Shown in pieces: positions 28,011 to 32,000 of a stretch of 32,000 nt of DNA (the first letter of the stretch is position 1; each line of letters opens with the position of its first letter). The position numbers were made by a program, and so were the translations under genes. Under the pieces are notes generated by a model that saw only the letters and a program-made list of their open reading frames with translations, was not told the DNA's origin and did no database searches. The stretch spans positions 630,001-662,000 of the forward strand of contig NC_018655.1 of assembly GCF_000299365.1 (NCBI RefSeq). The letters are read 5' to 3'. The DNA comes from Candidatus Nitrosopumilus koreensis AR1 (GTDB lineage Archaea; Thermoproteota; Nitrososphaeria; Nitrososphaerales; Nitrosopumilaceae).

Positions 28011-28808
28011 ATGAAATTTGTACTATTGTTAATTTTGATAGGGATGATTACTCCTGTATTTGCACAAGAATCATCTTTTGATGAACAATTAATGAATAGT
28101 ACAGAATATTCGAAAATCATAGATAGGTTATACCTCCTTGAAAATGAAAATAAACAACTTGAAAATTTAATTCATAATTTTGATGATGGAATTTCTTCAA
28201 AATTATCTAAAATTGATGAATCTTTAATTCAATCTGGAGATGTTGCAAACAAATCCCTTTGGTTGGGACTCTATATTTCCATGGTATTTGCAGGAATTGC
28301 CATTGCAGCAACAATAATTTATTCTATAAAATTAGGATCTCAAACCAAATTAATTGAAACTGATATCAAAACACGGATCAGACCAATTTTAAGTCGAAAA
28401 GAATTACGAAAAAAAATTACTAATTCAACAGAACAACACGTAGGTGAATTACACACACTTTCTAAACAAAAAGCTCTATTTCATTTTCAGAATACAGGTA
28501 CATTGCCTGCGGTAAATATATCTCGGAATTATTATGCTGAGATTAGAGAAACACCTTCCAATGAAATCAAACTAGATCCTACAAAATATGTGGATGCCTT
28601 CAAAATGGCCTCATTGGCCCCAAATGAATACTATAGTACAGATATTTTTTGGCTTGATCCATGTTTTGATGATGCAGTGGATAAAAATACATGTTATTTT
28701 GGATTGATAATTTGGTATCATGATTCAAAAGGTACAAGATATCACTATCACATAGAAGGATATTTTGACAAAGGAGAAATGATGTTAAATCACGTAGATA
28801 TGGATTAA
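28011..28808 (+). CDS. Membrane protein with signal peptide, coiled coil and TM, 265 aa
   Basis: MKFVLLLILIGMITPVFAQ; YLLENENKQLENLI; LGLYISMVFAGIAIAATIIYSI. Confidence 0.7.
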   Translation: MKFVLLLILIGMITPVFAQESSFDEQLMNSTEYSKIIDRLYLLENENKQLENLIHNFDDGISSKLSKIDESLIQSGDVANKSLWLGLYISMVFAGIAIAATIIYSIKLGSQTKLIETDIKTRIRPILSRKELRKKITNSTEQHVGELHTLSKQKALFHFQNTGTLPAVNISRNYYAEIRETPSNEIKLDPTKYVDAFKMASLAPNEYYSTDIFWLDPCFDDAVDKNTCYFGLIIWYHDSKGTRYHYHIEGYFDKGEMMLNHVDMD

Positions 28809-29071
28809 ACTTCACAATAAGGGCATTCGACTTCTTCTTTGTGTGATTTAACCAAACTTACAAACTGTGACAAACATTCAGTACAAACATACTTCAGTCT
28901 TTTTCTTTTCTGAGTCTTATAATACATTGCCATAATCCAATTCACTCTTTGAGTTCTAAAATTTCCTTCCTCATCATAATAGTAGATGTGCCATCGCTTC
29001 TTTGTGGATGTTTTGTGTCTGTGGTTTCCTCGATGTGTGTATGTTTTTGACACTGAAACAACTAGTTTCAT
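28805..29071 (-). CDS. Basic zinc-finger-like protein, 88 aa
   Basis: YVCTECLSQFVSLVKSHKEEVECPYCEV with a strongly basic N-terminus; 4-nt convergent overlap with the previous gene. Confidence 0.65.
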   Translation of the reverse strand: MKLVVSVSKTYTHRGNHRHKTSTKKRWHIYYYDEEGNFRTQRVNWIMAMYYKTQKRKRLKYVCTECLSQFVSLVKSHKEEVECPYCEV

Positions 29072-29115
29072 GCTACCTCTATGCTACTTCAAACTAATAA
29101 GAACAGATTATGATG

Positions 29116-29730
29116 TTATTTTTTAATTTTAAATTCAGGACGGTCAACATTTAATGAAAATTCTAATTTTCTACTTGATAATATCTGCATCATGACGGGA
29201 TAAACAATTTTGTAATCTTTGTCTTTTCTAACCAAATTAATGATTTTTCTAATTCTTTTTTTGAGTTTTATTCTTTCTTTTTTCAAAGATTCCTCACTAG
29301 GGTTCTCTAATGATTCCAATAAGGACAATTGAGAAATATTTTGTAATGCTAATTGTATTTGAAACAATGCTTCACCAGTTTTTTGCATTGTAGATAATTC
29401 AGAATATCTTTTTTCCAACATTTTTGTATCGTGCTCATCAAACATTGACCACACTAAAACAGATTTTCTCAAATCGTCTGGATTGATTTGCTCTTTTCCC
29501 TCATTAAATGAATACTGTGTTTGTCTCCCAACTTTATTTACAAATATCAGTCCTCTTGAAATTAGTGATTGTATTGCTCTTTGAGCAGTCTTTTTTGCCA
29601 TGTATTTTGGAACAGAAAGATCTAAAATTCCATTATGATGAATATCGGGATTTTTTTGTATAATTTCCAGTATTTTGAACTCGTATTGAGTCATTTCAGA
29701 AGAATTTGGTCGTAATTGTGCGTAATCCAT
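29116..29730 (-). CDS. Winged-helix DNA-binding protein (probable casposon regulator), 204 aa
   Basis: EFKILEIIQKNPDIHHNGILDLSVPKYMAKKTAQRAIQSLISRGLIFVNKVGRQTQYSF: wHTH. Confidence 0.75.
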   Translation of the reverse strand: MDYAQLRPNSSEMTQYEFKILEIIQKNPDIHHNGILDLSVPKYMAKKTAQRAIQSLISRGLIFVNKVGRQTQYSFNEGKEQINPDDLRKSVLVWSMFDEHDTKMLEKRYSELSTMQKTGEALFQIQLALQNISQLSLLESLENPSEESLKKERIKLKKRIRKIINLVRKDKDYKIVYPVMMQILSSRKLEFSLNVDRPEFKIKK

Positions 29731-29731
29731 A

Positions 29732-29779
29732 GTAGGTTAACCTACCACTGGTAGGCTATACTTGCATTATAGTGTATAG
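29732..29779. promoter_or_regulatory. Overlapping palindrome array, candidate operator for the divergent promoters
   Basis: GTAGGTTAACCTAC (29732-29745, perfect), CTACCA-C-TGGTAG (29742-29754), CTATAC...GTATAG (29756-29779). Confidence 0.65.
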
Positions 29780-29785
29780 TATGTT

Positions 29786-30019
29786 ATGACTTTGAAGAAA
29801 ATCAAACCCAAAGACATGATTTTAGAACCAGTAATTACTGACTTTGGAAACAGAAAGGTATCGCAACAGAATTTTTCAAAGATTGTTGCTCTGCCAAAGA
29901 CTGCATTGGATAACTGTGGCATAACCACAGATGTCAATGTAAAACTGGTTCAGTTTGATGGAGAAAAGTTTCTGACACTTTCTCCAGTAATTGAAAAAGG
30001 AGGTGATAAAACTGAGTGA
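29786..30019 (+). CDS. Hypothetical casposon protein, 77 aa
   Basis: Intact ORF MTLKKIKPKDMILEPVITDFGNRKVSQQNFSKIVALPKTALDNCG... Confidence 0.6.
   Translation: MTLKKIKPKDMILEPVITDFGNRKVSQQNFSKIVALPKTALDNCGITTDVNVKLVQFDGEKFLTLSPVIEKGGDKTE
29999..30007 (+). promoter_or_regulatory. Strong Shine-Dalgarno sequence GGAGGTGAT inside the 3' end of the preceding gene
   Basis: Matches the complement of an archaeal 16S 3' end. Followed 4 nt later by an in-frame CTG and 8 nt later by an out-of-frame GTG. Confidence 0.6.
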
Positions 30020-30346
30020 GACCCTCTATCCTCCATTTTTAAAATGGGGGCAGTACACATCTCAAGACTCTGAGAATCCTGACACCATAGAGCTCAAGGT
30101 TGCTGAAACCAATACCTTTGAGACAGAATTCTCAATCAATGTACTAGCATTGATTAAAGAAAAAAGACATGGAAAGAATACAACGTTAAACTGAAAAACC
30201 ATGATTCAGCAAATGCTTCTTTCCTAAACCAGTGGAACAGGATTGCAAAGTCACTTCACAAAGGAGACATACTGGTTCTCAAGACGTGGCTTGGAACATC
30301 AAAGAATGGAAGAAAAATCAGGAGGTACAGTCTAGAGAAACTCTAG
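30012..30346 (+). CDS. Putative ssDNA-binding/OB-fold-like protein encoded in two frames (candidate -1 frameshift at 30185-30191)
   Basis: Frame 0: ...SETLYPPFLKWGQYTSQDSENPDTIELKVAETNTFETEFSINVLALIKEKRHGKNTTLN*. -1 frame from 30191: LKNHDSANASFLNQWNRIAKSLHKGDILVLKTWLGTSKNGRKIRRYSLEKL*. Start codon uncertain. Confidence 0.55.
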
Positions 30347-30360
30347 ACTCTCCTTTTTTT
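30329..30360 (+). terminator. Perfect hairpin followed by T7 tract
   Basis: AGTCTAGAG-AAA-CTCTAGACT (9-bp stem, 3-nt loop, 30329-30349), then TTTTTTT at 30354-30360. Confidence 0.6.
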
Positions 30361-30378
30361 GACAATAGTGATGGTATT

Positions 30379-30695
30379 ATGGCAGAAGACAAAGATAAAC
30401 TTTTGAAACAGTTAGACGCACTCAAGATTTTTCCAAACAACAAACTAGTAAGAGAATTAAAGAATCAAATTAAAACAAAATTAAAAAATTAGAAATTACA
30501 AAACCCATTCCACCAAAGAAAAATCCAAACCTTACACGCTCAAACAAACTAAAGCGATATCACAACTACATCAGGCAAATCAGAAACAACTTTCCAAATC
30601 TAAAATACAACCAGATAAGAAAACAGTTTGCAAAACGAAAGCGTGGCGATGACGTATCAATTCCTGATGCAGTATGGCAGAATCCGTCCCCGTAA
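30379..30695 (+). CDS. Basic small protein encoded in two frames (candidate -1 frameshift at 30483-30489), upstream of and overlapping polB
   Basis: Frame 0: MAEDKDKLLKQLDALKIFPNNKLVRELKNQIKTKLKN*. -1 frame from 30489: LEITKPIPPKKNPNLTRSNKLKRYHNYIRQIRNNFPNLKYNQIRKQFAKRKRGDDVSIPDAVWQNPSP* (105 aa if joined). Confidence 0.6.
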
Positions 30696-32000
30696 CTGAC
30701 TGCAAGAATCTGAGAAGAGTATTTACAAAAAAGCCTCAGAACAGAGATCCTGCAACATCGCACAAGAGAAGAGTCTATGCAATTGATACAGAAACCTATA
30801 ACGGCAACATCTTTCTGATTGCCGACTCTGATGGGAGATTCTTGGATAAAATCACGCCAAAATCATGCCTAGACTGGCTGTTTTGCAGAAAATATGAGGG
30901 TTCGTGGTGCTTTTTTTATCATCTCGGGTATGATGCAGAAGTAATTCTGAAACTTTTAGGCTCTGAACTATTCAAGTACAAAAATACTGGAAGACTGAAA
31001 TTCTCCTTTGAAAATTACACCATAGAGTATCATCCAAACAAGTGTCTGAAAATATCAAAGGGACATCACTCTGTGATATTTTATGACATTGCGCAATTCT
31101 ATCATGCAAAACTATCTGATGCATATCAAAACAATATCAGAAAACTACCTAAAGAGTATCTTGACATAAAGTCAAAAAGGAGTCAGTTCTCAATTACATT
31201 TTACAAAAGAAACACAAGAAAAATCAGAGATTACTGCATCACAGACTGCAAACTGACAAAAGAGTTGGCAGAGCACTGGATAAAATTATTCCATGATGCA
31301 TTTGGATTCTATCCTGCAAGATGGGTATCCTCTGGATATCTGGCAGAAAAAGTCTTGATCAACAACGGAATCAATTTCCCAAAGTTTGATGATGTTCCAT
31401 ATGATGTTCAGGAGATGGCGTTTTCATGTTACTATGGAGGACGATTTGAAATTACAAAGCGTGGATTTATTGGAACTGCTTACAAGTATGATATCAACTC
31501 TGCATATCCCCATTCCCTGACAAAGATTCCTGACCTGACCAAAGGACGATGGATTAAAAGAAAGTCAATTCACAAAGATGCAAAACTTGGATTCTTTAGG
31601 ATTATTGCAGACATTCCAGACTGCAAGTATATTCCACCGTTTCCGTTTCGTACCAATGGAATTATTATTTTTCCTAGTGGAAAGTTTGAAACGTATGTTA
31701 CATTACATGAACTAAAAGTTGCAGATTCAAAACATTACAAAATTTTGGATTCATATCAGTTCATTCCAAACGGCAAGCCAGTCTATCCTTTTGAGAAATT
31801 TGTTCATTCAATGTATGATAAAAGACTGGAACTAAAGAAAGACGGAAACCCATTGCAGTTGCCAATCAAGATAATTCTCAATTCAATCTATGGAAAGACT
31901 GGTCAGAAAGTCAATAGAATAATGGGAAATCTGTTCAATCCTGTGATTTTTGCAAGTATTACAGGCATGACTCGTGCCTGCCTGTATGACTTTGTGATGC
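30674..32000 (+). CDS. polB: Family-B DNA polymerase, probably protein-primed type, N-terminal about 442 aa (open at right edge, absent from ORF track)
   Basis: RVYAIDTETYNGNIFLI (ExoI), DYCITDCKLTKELAEHW (ExoIII), YKYDINSAYPHSL (motif A, DxxSLYPS-like), LPIKIILNSIYGKTGQK (motif B, KxxxNSxYG). Confidence 0.93.
   Translation, partial: MAESVPVTDCKNLRRVFTKKPQNRDPATSHKRRVYAIDTETYNGNIFLIADSDGRFLDKITPKSCLDWLFCRKYEGSWCFFYHLGYDAEVILKLLGSELFKYKNTGRLKFSFENYTIEYHPNKCLKISKGHHSVIFYDIAQFYHAKLSDAYQNNIRKLPKEYLDIKSKRSQFSITFYKRNTRKIRDYCITDCKLTKELAEHWIKLFHDAFGFYPARWVSSGYLAEKVLINNGINFPKFDDVPYDVQEMAFSCYYGGRFEITKRGFIGTAYKYDINSAYPHSLTKIPDLTKGRWIKRKSIHKDAKLGFFRIIADIPDCKYIPPFPFRTNGIIIFPSGKFETYVTLHELKVADSKHYKILDSYQFIPNGKPVYPFEKFVHSMYDKRLELKKDGNPLQLPIKIILNSIYGKTGQKVNRIMGNLFNPVIFASITGMTRACLYDFVM

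Larger units (their letters stand above)
25313..32000 (+). mobile_element. Casposon (family-1-like, aEF-2-associated), left part; right end outside the window
   Basis: Solo Cas1 (25943..26986), family-B DNA polymerase (30674->32000), wHTH regulator and small Zn-binding and membrane proteins, immediately downstream of the aEF-2 stop. No CRISPR array or cas2 visible. Exact left terminus and TIR cannot be fixed without the right end. Confidence 0.85.

Noticed and set aside
30042-30056. AAAATGGGGGCAGTA as a right-end inverted copy of the candidate TIR (CCCCCCATT)
   Set aside because: Only about 7 matching bases, located inside a coding frame and upstream of polB, so it cannot be the element's end.
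29991-30492. ORFs 29991..30194 and 30232..30492 taken as two independent intact genes
   Set aside because: The 5' half of 30232..30492 is a chance overlap across the real C-terminal frame of the previous gene (..NQWNRIAKSLHKGDILVLKTWLG..). The likely second gene starts at ATG 30379.
30566-30763. Minus-strand 65-aa ORF
   Set aside because: Antisense to the much more protein-like frame ending DDVSIPDAVWQNPSP and to the polB start.

Overview
This window looks like a chromosomal segment from a marine ammonia-oxidising thaumarchaeon (Nitrosopumilus-like); that taxon is inferred from protein character, not from a database search. Positions 1-25312 are mostly ordinary chromosomal genes: Dpp/Opp permeases, an ArsC-like protein, a PAC2-family protein, a SNF2 helicase, Fe/Mn SOD, an FAD-linked oxidase, an HD-domain protein, a membrane-anchored J-protein, TPR proteins, MqnE-like and MqnD-like enzymes, a SIS-domain protein and aEF-2. 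The main feature starts just after the aEF-2 stop codon and runs off the window (about 25313 to >32000). It has a solo Cas1 with no visible CRISPR array or cas2, small zinc-ribbon and membrane proteins, a divergent winged-helix regulator, and an open-ended family-B DNA polymerase absent from the supplied ORF track (30674->32000). This matches a family-1-type casposon in the known 3'-aEF-2 site. Less expected features inside it are: (i) two consecutive genes just upstream of polB whose frames end at a -1-type slippery heptamer touching the stop codon (G_TTA_AAC|TGA and A_AAA_AAT|TAG), each with 51-68 sensible codons in the -1 frame; (ii) a perfect 9-bp hairpin plus T7 between them; (iii) an overlapping palindrome array in the divergent regulator promoter; (iv) a near-identical promoter element at constant spacing before three genes. 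Elsewhere, an Lrp/AsnC regulator is split at an A7 run, and several small zinc-binding ORFs are missing from the track. Single-base sequencing or assembly deletions are a serious alternative for every frame disruption.
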